NCBI GenBank assembly: GCA_963664815.2
Contig: CAXXHB010000003.1
Location: 2,016,001 to 2,080,000, forward strand
Source of the DNA: Spirochaetota bacterium
Lineage (GTDB): Bacteria > Spirochaetota > UBA4802 > UBA5550
DNA length: 64,000 nt
Direction of reading: 5' to 3'
Made by a program: the position numbers and the translations under genes. A model generated the notes under the pieces. The model was not told the origin of the DNA and ran no database searches. It saw only the letters and a list, made by a program, of their open reading frames with translations. Of the stretch, positions 50,938 to 60,918 are shown in pieces. The stretch's first letter is position 1; each line of letters opens with the position of its first letter.

Positions 50938-52040
50938 GTATCCATTGAAGCATGGCGGCTATTAAATTTATAAAACGGTTTTTCGACAATTCTGCCGTCT
51001 ACTCTCTTATCACGGATTATAACCTGAACGGTATCACCGACGGAAACGGAACCTCTCAAAGCCCTTAACAGCGCCAGACCTTTCCTGAATGTCGGGGAGT
51101 ATATTCCGCTTGTCAATGTACCTATCTCATTATTTCTGAATAATACTTTGTATCCTTCATGAAGAACACCCTTACCGGTAAGCTCAAGACAGTACTGCCC
51201 GTATTCCGCTCCCGTTTTTTTTAACTCTTCCAGAGCAGGCTTACCAACATAAGGAAGGTCGGAGCTTATCAGCCATGAAAGCCCGGCTTCGAATGGATTT
51301 ATATTCTCATTGATTTCATGCCCGTAGAGCGGGTAACATGATTCCAGCCTCAGGGTATCTCTGGCACCCAGGCCCGCCGGTTTTATACCAATTCCGGCCC
51401 CCTCCAGCATCAACCTTTCCCAGAGTAATTCTGCCTTTGAATTCTCTATGAAGAGCTCATATCCCTGTTCACCGGTGTAGCCTGTATTTGAAATCATGAT
51501 TTCTGAACCATTAAACTCATCGAAGTAAAACCTGAATCGCGGCAGGTTATCGATACCTTCTTTACGGAATATTTTACTCAATACCTGCGAAGATAGCGGC
51601 CCCTGAATATCAATTTTAGAAGTGGAATCCGATATGTTTTTTATTTCTGTTTTTTCAATAAGATGTTCTTTCATCCATGCAAAATCTTTTTCAATGGTTG
51701 AAGCATTCACTACAAGGTAGTAGCTGCTATTTTCTATCTTAAAGATAAACAGATCATCTATCACCCCTCCGTTTTCGAGGCAGAAGAGAGTGTACATACC
51801 CATGCCGGAAACCAGTTTTGACATAGATGTAGGTATCAGGCTGGAAAGATAAAGTGCCGCATTTTCACCCTTTACGGTAAACTCACCCATATGCGAAACA
51901 TCAAAGATTCCCGCTGAATTTCTGACAGCTTCATGTTCATCAAGTATCGACTTGTACTGAACCGGCATTGAGAAGCCGGCGAAATCGACCATACGTCCGC
52001 CATATCTGAGATGCATATTATACAGAGATGTTTTTTTCAT
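50934..52040 (-). CDS. gcvT: Aminomethyltransferase (glycine cleavage T)
   Basis: FDVSHMG, GGVIDD, TGYTGE.G.E, GLGARDTLRLE. Confidence 0.95.
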   Translation of the reverse strand: MKKTSLYNMHLRYGGRMVDFAGFSMPVQYKSILDEHEAVRNSAGIFDVSHMGEFTVKGENAALYLSSLIPTSMSKLVSGMGMYTLFCLENGGVIDDLFIFKIENSSYYLVVNASTIEKDFAWMKEHLIEKTEIKNISDSTSKIDIQGPLSSQVLSKIFRKEGIDNLPRFRFYFDEFNGSEIMISNTGYTGEQGYELFIENSKAELLWERLMLEGAGIGIKPAGLGARDTLRLESCYPLYGHEINENINPFEAGLSWLISSDLPYVGKPALEELKKTGAEYGQYCLELTGKGVLHEGYKVLFRNNEIGTLTSGIYSPTFRKGLALLRALRGSVSVGDTVQVIIRDKRVDGRIVEKPFYKFNSRHASMDT

Positions 52041-53371
52041 CTTCTGTTCATCCTCCTCAGGCCGAAATCTGCAGCACGGAGAAGCGGATCATAGACTTCG
52101 CTCACGGAAGGGACATAGGCCATTTCAGTTCTCCACAATTCATCAAGTGTAATGCCGAACTCAATGGCCATGCTTATTAAATTGATCCTCTCTGCCGCAC
52201 CCCTCTCCCCTGCGCACTGGGCCCCCAGTATGATCCCCGAATTTTTATCAAAAATTATTTTTACCGTAATTTCGCAGTTATCTGGATAATATTCCGGCCT
52301 TATCCTGGATGTTATCTTACCTGCAGCCGGTTCAAACCCCTTTGCGGCGGAAAGTGCAGTGTTAAAACCTGTTCCGGCTATTTCAAAACTCCCGATCCTT
52401 GTAACAAATGTTCCGGTACTTCCCCTGTATTTTTCATTTCCACCCATAACATTAATTGCCGCTACGGTTCCCTGCTTGTATGCCGAGGTTGCAAGTTTTG
52501 AAGTTACCGGTTTCCCGTCAATAGATGAGTAATTCATTATACAGTCCCCCGCCGCATATACATCCTTTACCGAGGTCATCAGCATTTCGTCAGTTTTTAT
52601 TCCTGATGATGTTGTTTCAATAGATGAATTAATTGCGAGAGATAATTCAGGCCTGAATCCCGCTGCAATAACTGCCATATCTGCCGGAATCTGAATATCG
52701 CGGCAGATAACCTGCCTGAGATATTCACCGCCATCAAAAGATAAAACAGCCTTCTCTTTTAAAACACTGATTCCCGTTTTTTCAAGATGATTCTCAACGA
52801 GTGCCGCAATATCGGGATCAAGAATGCTCTTGAAAATCTGATTCTCAGTTTCAACAATTGTAGTTTTTTTTCCATGACAATGCAGTGCATATGCAGTTTC
52901 CAGACCTATTGCGCCCCCCCCTATAATGATAATATTACGCGCAGTTTTCATCCTTTCCATTATAAAAGAGAGATCACGCAAGCCGGCAAAGGTAAATACG
53001 GAGAGGTTCATGTACCTGTCAAGATTGGAAAGAGGCGGAATAAAAGGGATACAGCCGGTTGCAATAATCAGCTTATCGTAGTGTTCAGTTTTAATACCTT
53101 CAGAGGTTGATACTGTTATTGTTTTCTCATCATGGTTAATTTTTTCCACTTTACCTCTTATTTTAACCGCCCCCTGTTTCTGAAGATTCAGATCAAGAAC
53201 AAGGTTTTCAGCTTTTACTATACCCTCAAGGGCATAAGGGAGTCCGCAGGGATGAAAAAGGTCATTTTCTTTAGGATCAATAATTCTTACATCAGCCTTC
53301 GGGTTATTTCTCTTGATTGTTATAGCAGCAGCATAACCGGCAGATCCGAAACCACATATTACAATTCTCAT
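52037..53371 (-). CDS. NADH oxidase / CoA-disulfide reductase family flavoprotein
   Basis: GFGSAG, HPCGLPY single redox Cys, GGGAIGLE, YAAGDC, YVPSVSEVYDPL; ATGA overlap with gcvT. Confidence 0.85.
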   Translation of the reverse strand: MRIVICGFGSAGYAAAITIKRNNPKADVRIIDPKENDLFHPCGLPYALEGIVKAENLVLDLNLQKQGAVKIRGKVEKINHDEKTITVSTSEGIKTEHYDKLIIATGCIPFIPPLSNLDRYMNLSVFTFAGLRDLSFIMERMKTARNIIIIGGGAIGLETAYALHCHGKKTTIVETENQIFKSILDPDIAALVENHLEKTGISVLKEKAVLSFDGGEYLRQVICRDIQIPADMAVIAAGFRPELSLAINSSIETTSSGIKTDEMLMTSVKDVYAAGDCIMNYSSIDGKPVTSKLATSAYKQGTVAAINVMGGNEKYRGSTGTFVTRIGSFEIAGTGFNTALSAAKGFEPAAGKITSRIRPEYYPDNCEITVKIIFDKNSGIILGAQCAGERGAAERINLISMAIEFGITLDELWRTEMAYVPSVSEVYDPLLRAADFGLRRMNRR

Positions 53372-53529
53372 AAAAACCCCGAAACTGTTATATTTGATGA
53401 CTGCTGCTATAATAATATAACATGGCGGAATTTTCAATTGCCGGAAACTTTTTTATTTTGCTGTTTTTAATGTTTTTTAAAAGGATTTTAATCAGAGCAT
53501 AGGTGGGTTTTATTTAAATTTATCATTAT

Positions 53530-54630
53530 TCAGGTTGATCTGTTTTTCTTATCTGAATTCTGAAGGAATGAACTATTAATTCTTTCATCTAACCCATCGC
53601 AGAAAGTATCAACTGTTGCCGAGTTAATAGCGGGCTTGATTAAATAACTGATTATTATATCAAAACAGACCCCTGTTATAAATAAAGCCGCAACTGTCAG
53701 AAAGCAGTGAACCAAAAAAAAGTGTGAATTATAATAGGCACCCCTGTTCACAGCAACACCCCAGATCCACTCCCTTAATATAAAATTCTCATGGAACAGA
53801 TATACTCCGAATGTGGAACCTGCTATATAGTTTATAAGCCTGTTAGTGTTAATAGAAATCTTCAGGAATAAAAGAAATAGGCTTACTCCAAGTACAAGAG
53901 AAAATATATTATTCATATCAAGAACCATGTTGTTAAACAGTTCAATATTCAGAAAATGACCGATGGGATATGTTGAATATGAAAGCGCCCAGAAACCGGT
54001 TATTGTAATTAAAAGTCCGGATTTGGTTATTCTATCCTCCGGATGATACTTTTTAATATAACCGGCAATTGTATAGAGAATTAAAAAAGTTAAAATACCA
54101 TTTCTTTCATTGGACATTGAGAAAGCCCTGTTTGTGGAAATACCGAAAACAAGTATTATCGATAAAAGCAGAAACAGTTTATGCTGCCCTTCATTGCATC
54201 GTTCCATGAGCAGATCCATAAATGGAGCAAGCAGGCACATACCAAGATATGGCCCGACAAACCAGTAGGCTTCATAACCGTACATAAATGGGATAAAGGA
54301 TCTTATGACCATACCGGCGTCCCGGCGTATATGTAAAACGTATATTCCGGCAAGAAGAGATAAAAGAGAAAAAGCTACAACCTGGATTAACAGTGAGACT
54401 ATTCTTTTTGTTTTAAATTTACCTTCACCGGCCATAAAATAGCCGCTTATAAGAACAAATGCCACCAGAGCCGGGTAGCCGGTAGATCTGAAAAGATGAG
54501 CAATATTATTATTAAAATTAAAAACATCGTAAGTTTCAACAATACCCCTTCTTGATACATAGTGATTCAATACTATGATGGCCATGCATATAATGCGCAG
54601 AAGTTCAATATTGGATTTACGGGCTTTCAT
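53530..54630 (-). CDS. Acyltransferase family 3 (OafA-like membrane O-acyltransferase)
   Basis: RKSNIELLR....IV..H, FVLISGYF, YWFV, STFGVYLFH. Confidence 0.85.
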   Translation of the reverse strand: MKARKSNIELLRIICMAIIVLNHYVSRRGIVETYDVFNFNNNIAHLFRSTGYPALVAFVLISGYFMAGEGKFKTKRIVSLLIQVVAFSLLSLLAGIYVLHIRRDAGMVIRSFIPFMYGYEAYWFVGPYLGMCLLAPFMDLLMERCNEGQHKLFLLLSIILVFGISTNRAFSMSNERNGILTFLILYTIAGYIKKYHPEDRITKSGLLITITGFWALSYSTYPIGHFLNIELFNNMVLDMNNIFSLVLGVSLFLLFLKISINTNRLINYIAGSTFGVYLFHENFILREWIWGVAVNRGAYYNSHFFLVHCFLTVAALFITGVCFDIIISYLIKPAINSATVDTFCDGLDERINSSFLQNSDKKNRST

Positions 54631-54643
54631 AAAATTTCTCCAT

Positions 54644-54759
54644 TTCGTTTCGGCTCTGCTCAACGAACGACGTTTGCATTAACTGTTCGTTTCGACTCCG
54701 CTCAACGAGCGTCGTTTTGCATTAACTGTTCGACTCCGCTCAACGAACGAAGTTTGCAT
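54644..54759. repeat. Tandem REP-like repeat, units of 42, 43 and 31 bp
   Basis: Unit about TTCGTTTCGACTCCGCTCAACGAACG.CGTTTGCATTAACTG at 54644, 54686 and 54729 (last one truncated). Confidence 0.85.
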
Positions 54760-54788
54760 ATATACTCCGGATACAGGAGTCTTCTTAA

Positions 54789-55361
54789 TCAGATTTCATG
54801 TTTTTTAAATGATGAACTTAATAGTGTGAATCCCTGGAGTGTCATTACCTCATTGAGCGCAGGTTCAAGTTCAATGCTCTCTATTTCCGATTCCTTCTTT
54901 GTCATAACAAGGGTAAGGTGTGATTCGATTGCATCTTTTAATGTTTTCAGAAGATTTACAGCTTTCTCTTCCCACTCTCTTTTACAGGTGTCAACAGCAC
55001 AGAGTGTTCCGAAAACCGTACCGTCAGGCCATAACAGCGGTACACCAAGGTATGCAATTATACCCGCTTTTGCGGTGGGTGAATCCGACCATTGTTCTTC
55101 GCTGCCTGCATCATTTATATGAAGCATCTGCTTTTTTACTGCAATATCTGTACAGTATACTCCATCCATCTGCATTCGCGTACCGGAAGGAAGAGGGTTC
55201 CCAGGGCTGATGTTTGAGAGTAATATTTCCAGTTCCGGCGGTTCAAAGCGATTAATCATTACACTCGGTACTGACAGATAAATTGCAACAGAATCAACAA
55301 TCCTCTGCCAGATTTCGGCTATTCCGTCAGGTATTGGCAGGTTTCTTGTTTCCAACTCCAC
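54789..55361 (-). CDS. GAF-domain protein (possibly C-terminally eroded)
   Basis: WQRIVD, GVYC, AYLGVPLLWPDGTVFGTLCAVD; start uncertain. Confidence 0.75.
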   Translation of the reverse strand: MELETRNLPIPDGIAEIWQRIVDSVAIYLSVPSVMINRFEPPELEILLSNISPGNPLPSGTRMQMDGVYCTDIAVKKQMLHINDAGSEEQWSDSPTAKAGIIAYLGVPLLWPDGTVFGTLCAVDTCKREWEEKAVNLLKTLKDAIESHLTLVMTKKESEIESIELEPALNEVMTLQGFTLLSSSFKKHEI

Positions 55362-55500
55362 AATATCACATCCGTGTTTTAACTTAAACAATTACAGATG
55401 ACTTACTGATATATTTAACCTGCAGTATTGTCAATTATATTCTTTCTGAAAGTTCCGTTACATTGAAATCCATGCAGTTAATTACCCTGCAGAACAACAG

Positions 55501-56262
55501 TTATATACTGAATAAATATGCTGCTGAAAGTGTTATCCCGTAAAATTTACTTTTATTGCTGAATCCATCCTCATATTCTGTTTTAATATACTGGTATCTG
55601 CCGCCGATACTTATTGATGTAGAAGCCGGTTCAATGTAGTATGCCAGGGAAATACTTGCGTTAAATCCATAATCTTTAACATCAAGATTACTGGTATACC
55701 CGTTAGTGTCTGAATATTCTTCATCACCCCACAAATAGAAACTTCCTGCATTTCCTGTTATAAAAAAATTATCCGATACAGGCAGCGTTACAGATAAACC
55801 AGCACCAGGACCGAATGTTCTGTGATCAAACTCACCTGTATATGTGGAAGCTTTAATATCATAAGCAAACCCGGAATATTTTGCTCCTAAATATATTCTG
55901 AAATAGCTGTTTAACTTGTAGTTAAGCGCTGTATCGCCATCAAACCTGTCTATATCATATGTGTAATAACTGACCGGGCCGCCGTAAAGAACTGAATCAC
56001 TGTAATTTCTTGCATCTGCATTAAAATTTCCATAAAGGAAAAGAAACGTAAAACTTAATTTTTCAGTAAAATTTATCGAAAATGTCGGTCCATAAACAAT
56101 ACCCGGATCTGTTGTAACCTTTTCGTATCTGTCTTCAGGAAAATCCCACCACGCATACCATGTGTATACCCCGGCTGACATATCAACAGCAGATACTGTT
56201 GCTGGATTAAAGACTGAAATCATAATAAGTGCCGCTGTAAATATTAATAATATTTTTTTCAT
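55501..56262 (-). CDS. Outer-membrane beta-barrel protein
   Basis: Signal peptide (VSA), alternating aromatic beta strands, C-terminal SAAYLF. Confidence 0.7.
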   Translation of the reverse strand: MKKILLIFTAALIMISVFNPATVSAVDMSAGVYTWYAWWDFPEDRYEKVTTDPGIVYGPTFSINFTEKLSFTFLFLYGNFNADARNYSDSVLYGGPVSYYTYDIDRFDGDTALNYKLNSYFRIYLGAKYSGFAYDIKASTYTGEFDHRTFGPGAGLSVTLPVSDNFFITGNAGSFYLWGDEEYSDTNGYTSNLDVKDYGFNASISLAYYIEPASTSISIGGRYQYIKTEYEDGFSNKSKFYGITLSAAYLFSI

Positions 56263-56461
56263 ACTATATACCTTTACTATTTATATTTTATTCACGAAAC
56301 TGAATTTACAAACACTACGATCAGATATGAACAATAGTGAACCGCATTAACTGAAATCTTATCAACATAATAAAAAAAAAGAGCCGCGGCTGACAAATAC
56401 TTTTTTTGGGGTATGTTAAAATTCAATAACAATTTCTCATTTTTTTATTACATAAATACCG

Positions 56462-56490
56462 TTGACAACCCTTTCATCTTCATTTACCGT
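56462..56490 (+). promoter_or_regulatory. Sigma70-type promoter
   Basis: TTGACA-N17-TACCGT about 40 nt before CAGGAGG-ATG. Confidence 0.55.
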
Positions 56491-56532
56491 TAAATTAAAA
56501 TTTAATCCGTCAACATACATCAGGAGGCGTTC

Positions 56533-57333
56533 ATGGCAGAGACAAGAAGAGATTTTGAAAGCTGTTTTGTAACAATAAAGGAAAACATCGCAATCATAAC
56601 ACTTAACAGACCTGATAAGATGAACGCGCTTAATCCTGAACTTTTTGAGGGTATTGCCGGATCTTTTGCCTTCCTCGCCTCAGAGGATAAAGTCAGATCG
56701 GTTATCCTGACAGGCGCAGGGGATCACTTCTCGGCAGGAGGTGACGTTGAAAAAGATATAGATCCGCTCAGGACAAAGACAGTCAATGAATTCAAGGCAT
56801 ACTTCGAGTCGCTTGCGGAGCTCTACGAAATGATTTACAATTACAGCAAGCCGACTATCGCTGCAATCAACGGCTATGCGCTCGGCGCAGGGATGGAACT
56901 CACTCTGATGTGCGACATCCGTATAGCTTCGGAGAATCTTCAGATGGGTGAATTTTTTGTACGAATGGGACTTGTGCCGGAAACCGGTATGTGCATGCTC
57001 CCGAAAATCGTCGGACTCGGCATGGCAAAACTTATCTGTATGACCGGAGAACTGATAGACGCGAAGGAGGCGTTCCGCATCGGACTTGTTGAAAAGGTTG
57101 TACCGTCAGCCGGGCTTTTGCCTCAGGCTGAAATGTTAGCCCTGAAGCTTGCAGGCAACCCGTCTTCAGTGAGAATCATAAAGCGCGCTATCAATGAGTT
57201 CGCAACAATGCCTTTTGAAGCAACGGAGACTGCTACAATCGGATACCAGTTTGAAGCCGCAAGAACCGCTGATCATGCCGAGGCTGTCATGGCATTCATG
57301 GAAAAAAGAAAACCGGTCTTTAACGGGGAGTGA
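56533..57333 (+). CDS. Enoyl-CoA hydratase/isomerase
   Basis: LNRPDKMNAL, FSAGGD, KPTIAAINGYALGAG, AFMEKRKPVF. Confidence 0.92.
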   Translation: MAETRRDFESCFVTIKENIAIITLNRPDKMNALNPELFEGIAGSFAFLASEDKVRSVILTGAGDHFSAGGDVEKDIDPLRTKTVNEFKAYFESLAELYEMIYNYSKPTIAAINGYALGAGMELTLMCDIRIASENLQMGEFFVRMGLVPETGMCMLPKIVGLGMAKLICMTGELIDAKEAFRIGLVEKVVPSAGLLPQAEMLALKLAGNPSSVRIIKRAINEFATMPFEATETATIGYQFEAARTADHAEAVMAFMEKRKPVFNGE

Positions 57334-57414
57334 AGACCGGACGCACACCCCTTCAATCCGTTTTTATATCCGGCGGAATCTTAAATTTTAATTATTTATA
57401 ATAAGAGGCAAAAC

Positions 57415-57765
57415 ATGGATGAAAACAATTTTATTTTTTCAATCATTAACCAGTATAAATACCCGATAGTTTTTGTTAATAACAATCATATTATTGAATA
57501 TCTGAATACAGCTGCAATCAGTAAATACAGTAAACGCGGAATAAACGATTTACTGCATAAATCAATATTTGACTGCCATAACCCTGCATCTAAAAGTAAA
57601 ATTCTTGAATATCATAAAAAATTTATTGATGGTGAAAACGAGTTTTTTATACAGATTAACAGGAATAATCAAAGAGTATACATGGTTGCCGTAAGAGACA
57701 AAGCCGGAAATCTGACCGGATATTATGAGAGATTTGAAGACATAAATAATCCTGTTGACAGATAA
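57415..57765 (+). CDS. Stand-alone PAS-domain protein
   Basis: PIVFVN..H.I.YLN.AA, SIFDCHNP, VRDKAGNLTGYYE. Confidence 0.75.
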   Translation: MDENNFIFSIINQYKYPIVFVNNNHIIEYLNTAAISKYSKRGINDLLHKSIFDCHNPASKSKILEYHKKFIDGENEFFIQINRNNQRVYMVAVRDKAGNLTGYYERFEDINNPVDR

Positions 57766-57826
57766 TTTCTTTTGTTTCCTGTTTATCAACTGATTATTAA
57801 TTCCATTTTATAAACAGGTATCAATT

Positions 57827-58279
57827 ATGAAAATATTTATTAAGGCAATCCTTGGAGTTGCAGTATGGTTTGGCTTCTTCTATTTCTATGCCGTGAAGAT
57901 CTCCGGAAGCAACGCCGGGGTGAACATGCTCGTATTTTTTTCCTCTTTTGCACTTTTACTGATTTTTATACTGTGGATCTCGGGCGTAATTGAAATGGCG
58001 ATGTCAGGTATCCGCAGGGAGAAGCTTCTGAAAAGCGGGACAGCTGCTTCGGGCTGTATTGTAAGCTGTGAAAAGACAGGTGTTAAAATGTCTGTAAACT
58101 CAGACTACCCAAGATATGGCGCCGTGCTTGTTATTGATATAGAAACGTCAGATGGGGAGAAATTCCAGGCCAGTACAAAGATGATGCTGCCTGAACATGA
58201 ATTAGCCGGAATAAGACCGGGAAAACAGGTGCAGGTTCGATTTGATCCGCGTAACAGAAATAATGTTATAATAGAATGA
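57827..58279 (+). CDS. DUF3592-like membrane protein
   Basis: Two TMs then G...G.I, PG..V.VRFDP. Confidence 0.6.
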   Translation: MKIFIKAILGVAVWFGFFYFYAVKISGSNAGVNMLVFFSSFALLLIFILWISGVIEMAMSGIRREKLLKSGTAASGCIVSCEKTGVKMSVNSDYPRYGAVLVIDIETSDGEKFQASTKMMLPEHELAGIRPGKQVQVRFDPRNRNNVIIE

Positions 58280-58287
58280 TTTATTCC

Positions 58288-58309
58288 GCAGGAGTTTATA
58301 ACCTCCTGC
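58288..58309. terminator. Hairpin between convergent genes
   Basis: GCAGGAG-N8-CTCCTGC. Confidence 0.5.
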
Positions 58310-58345
58310 ATATTTTATATGCTTAACAGATGAGAGTTTCAGTGA

Positions 58346-59128
58346 TTAAAGAAGATAAATGATATCATTTAAATTGTTAAACTCATAAACCGGATTAATG
58401 TCTGTTTTATTCTCCTTTAAATTTCTGTTAAGCCAGACCGATGTAATCCCCATGTTATTAGCTCCCCGGATATCCTTTTCAAGGCTGTCTCCGATCATTA
58501 TGGAATCATCTTTTTTACTGTTTACCTGTTTCAGGCAATAATTAAATATCTCTACCCCCGGTTTTTTATAACCTATTTCTCCGGATATAACAATTGTATG
58601 GAAATATTGCTCAATATTGCTTTTCCTGATTTTCTGCCATTGCAGATCCGGAGTTCCATTTGTAATAAGCGCAATTTTCAGATTTAACCCGGACAGCTGC
58701 TTTAAAAATATTTCTGTATCATCAAAGAGTATATGCCTGTTTCTTCTGTCTTCTATATAAACTAAAGACAATTTTAATGCAAGTTCATCATCAACAATCC
58801 CATATTTTAATAAAGCATTACGCCATGCCGTTTTCTGATAATACGACCTGAGGCTTTTTAACTCTTTCTGATTTTCATCGGTATCTGAAAAATCAGCCCA
58901 TAAAGCCTCCCATGAACTGATCCCGATTTCCTTTGCATATTTAATTGTCGGTAGAGAGTACCACAGATCTCTGGCGGAATTACGTACAGTATTTATGAAA
59001 CCCTCTGAATCTATATTATGAAATTTACCAAGGTATTCCGCAGAGGCCATAAAAGACTCCTGTGCCGATTTTTCTTCAACAATCAGAGTATCATCCAAAT
59101 CTATTAATACAGTTTTGTAATTCATCAA
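58346..59128 (-). CDS. HAD-family hydrolase
   Basis: DLDDTL, ITNG, KKP, MIGDSLEKDIRGA. Confidence 0.9.
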   Translation of the reverse strand: MMNYKTVLIDLDDTLIVEEKSAQESFMASAEYLGKFHNIDSEGFINTVRNSARDLWYSLPTIKYAKEIGISSWEALWADFSDTDENQKELKSLRSYYQKTAWRNALLKYGIVDDELALKLSLVYIEDRRNRHILFDDTEIFLKQLSGLNLKIALITNGTPDLQWQKIRKSNIEQYFHTIVISGEIGYKKPGVEIFNYCLKQVNSKKDDSIMIGDSLEKDIRGANNMGITSVWLNRNLKENKTDINPVYEFNNLNDIIYLL

Positions 59129-59391
59129 TCATTAACCTTAATACCAATATCATAGCTGATACAAAGAACCTGATTCAGATTCTTTTTTTTATCTGACAAG
59201 TAAGACATACTATTTTTCATGAAATTATTTAATCGTAAATTAGTAATATCTTACAATTACTTCTTCGATTTTTAAGATTATATTATTTTAATATTACAGC
59301 TATAATGATAAATAATGATAAATAATGAAAATATACTGTTATTTCCGCGGAATTCATATCCGATGCTTAAATTAACAACCATTTTCTTTTC

Positions 59392-60024
59392 TCATTTTCT
59401 TAAATATAATTCAATGTGATTAAATTCATTTCTTTTATTTACAACTTTATCTATAACATAGAGTCCAAGATCTTCAAGTTCTGCCAATAAAAATTTTTCT
59501 GCCGGAATAAACCGATATGGTAAATTATCAGAATATTTTGTATGATTTTCAGCGTCAGGGCTGGATAAACTGCTGATAAATAAAATTCCACCCGGAGACA
59601 ACATCTTGTACAGATTTTTTAAAAATCTTTGCCTGTCGTCACCGATTATACAATGGAGACAATTCCCGTCCATAATAACATCATAAGTCTCATTGAAGTT
59701 TATACCCGGCACAGTTAAATCCGAATGAACATATTTAATATTCATCAGCATCGATTCACTTTTCCGGATTGCCCAGTCAATGGCCACTTTTGAAATATCA
59801 ACCCCGGTGACCAAATATCCTTTTTTATAAAATTCCCTGCATAAAACGCCTTCTCCACAACCGGCTTCCATTACTTTACCGGATTTCGGAATAAAGCCTG
59901 AATGAAGAATATTTTCACATTGATTTAATTTCTTTATAAATCTTTCGTTACCGCCCCAGCATTCATAGCCATTTTCAAGAGCAGATTTATATTGGTTATC
60001 ATAAAATGATTGTTTATTAAACAT
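59392..60024 (-). CDS. Class I SAM-dependent methyltransferase
   Basis: MEAGCGEG, GVDIS, DGNCLHCI. Confidence 0.85.
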   Translation of the reverse strand: MFNKQSFYDNQYKSALENGYECWGGNERFIKKLNQCENILHSGFIPKSGKVMEAGCGEGVLCREFYKKGYLVTGVDISKVAIDWAIRKSESMLMNIKYVHSDLTVPGINFNETYDVIMDGNCLHCIIGDDRQRFLKNLYKMLSPGGILFISSLSSPDAENHTKYSDNLPYRFIPAEKFLLAELEDLGLYVIDKVVNKRNEFNHIELYLRK

Positions 60025-60119
60025 ATTAAAATCCGGCGTCCTGTTTATATTCTGATAAATACATCAGGTACCGGCAATCAAAGTATTGCGGAACACCAGT
60101 CAGTGCCGGTAAGACAGGT

Positions 60120-60896
60120 TTAATTTTTAAAAATATATGAATGCTGATATTTATTTGCATAATAATGACTTCTTGATGCCAGAAAATATGAACCATCTTT
60201 TTTTATGATCATTATATCAGAAAATTGATCAACCGATTCATATTCCCCCTTTTTTATATATGGAATATCCCTTTTTTCAACAGGGGAATACCATTCATCA
60301 TATCCGCCATAGGGATGATCAATGCAGTATAATACAAAATATGAATCACAATTATTACAATGCTTAATTATCCTTGAATTATCGCTTGTACCTGTTTTCG
60401 ATATTTCGACAAAACTACTTTCATGACATAATAAACAATCGCAGTATTTTGATAACCCCTTCTCAAGTTTTATATCTTTTTCATAATCAATAAATGATTC
60501 AATACTTATCAGATCGTCTTCAACAGAATATATGCAATCTGAATATTTTTTAAGGAAAACATTCAGATCCTCTATTCCAATATTAACTTTTCTGTTTTTA
60601 TTATTGATACTTATCTTTATATTTGAATTACAAAAATTAAAAATTTTTGGTTTATCATACCATGCTAAAAGCAGGTTTTTAAATGAAACTGCTGCATCAT
60701 TCTGAATCTCAAAGCGGTTGTAATTTCCGGTTTTATTGTTATTTATTCGTGCTGATATTAATGAAAGATCACCCTTCAATAAAAGAAAGTATCTGTTATT
60801 TACCATGAAATTTACAGGAATCTTCTCATCCAGAAGAATAAAGAGGGACGATTTCCCTTTAGTGCATGTTATCAATATTTCAAAAATATCTTCCAA
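60120..60896 (-). CDS. Hypothetical protein with C-terminal Cys pairs
   Basis: 258-aa ORF; CLLC...CNNC possible Zn ribbon. Confidence 0.5.
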   Translation of the reverse strand: MEDIFEILITCTKGKSSLFILLDEKIPVNFMVNNRYFLLLKGDLSLISARINNNKTGNYNRFEIQNDAAVSFKNLLLAWYDKPKIFNFCNSNIKISINNKNRKVNIGIEDLNVFLKKYSDCIYSVEDDLISIESFIDYEKDIKLEKGLSKYCDCLLCHESSFVEISKTGTSDNSRIIKHCNNCDSYFVLYCIDHPYGGYDEWYSPVEKRDIPYIKKGEYESVDQFSDIMIIKKDGSYFLASRSHYYANKYQHSYIFKN

Positions 60897-60918
60897 TTAT
60901 TGTACCCCTGTAGAATTC

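Noticed and set aside
54644-54759. Possible mini CRISPR array
   Set aside because: Sequences between the repeat cores are near-identical and short, not unique spacers; no cas genes in the window
54562-55122. 186-aa plus-strand ORF with repeated RFDSAQR
   Set aside because: Arises from translating the REP-like repeats and the antisense of the GAF gene
59301-59330. (AATAATGATA)x3 as a Fur box
   Set aside because: Direct 10-bp repeat in very AT-rich DNA, lacking Fur inverted symmetry; neighbours unrelated to iron
60120-60896. CLLCH as a heme-binding site
   Set aside because: No signal peptide; pairs better with the downstream CNNC as a Zn site
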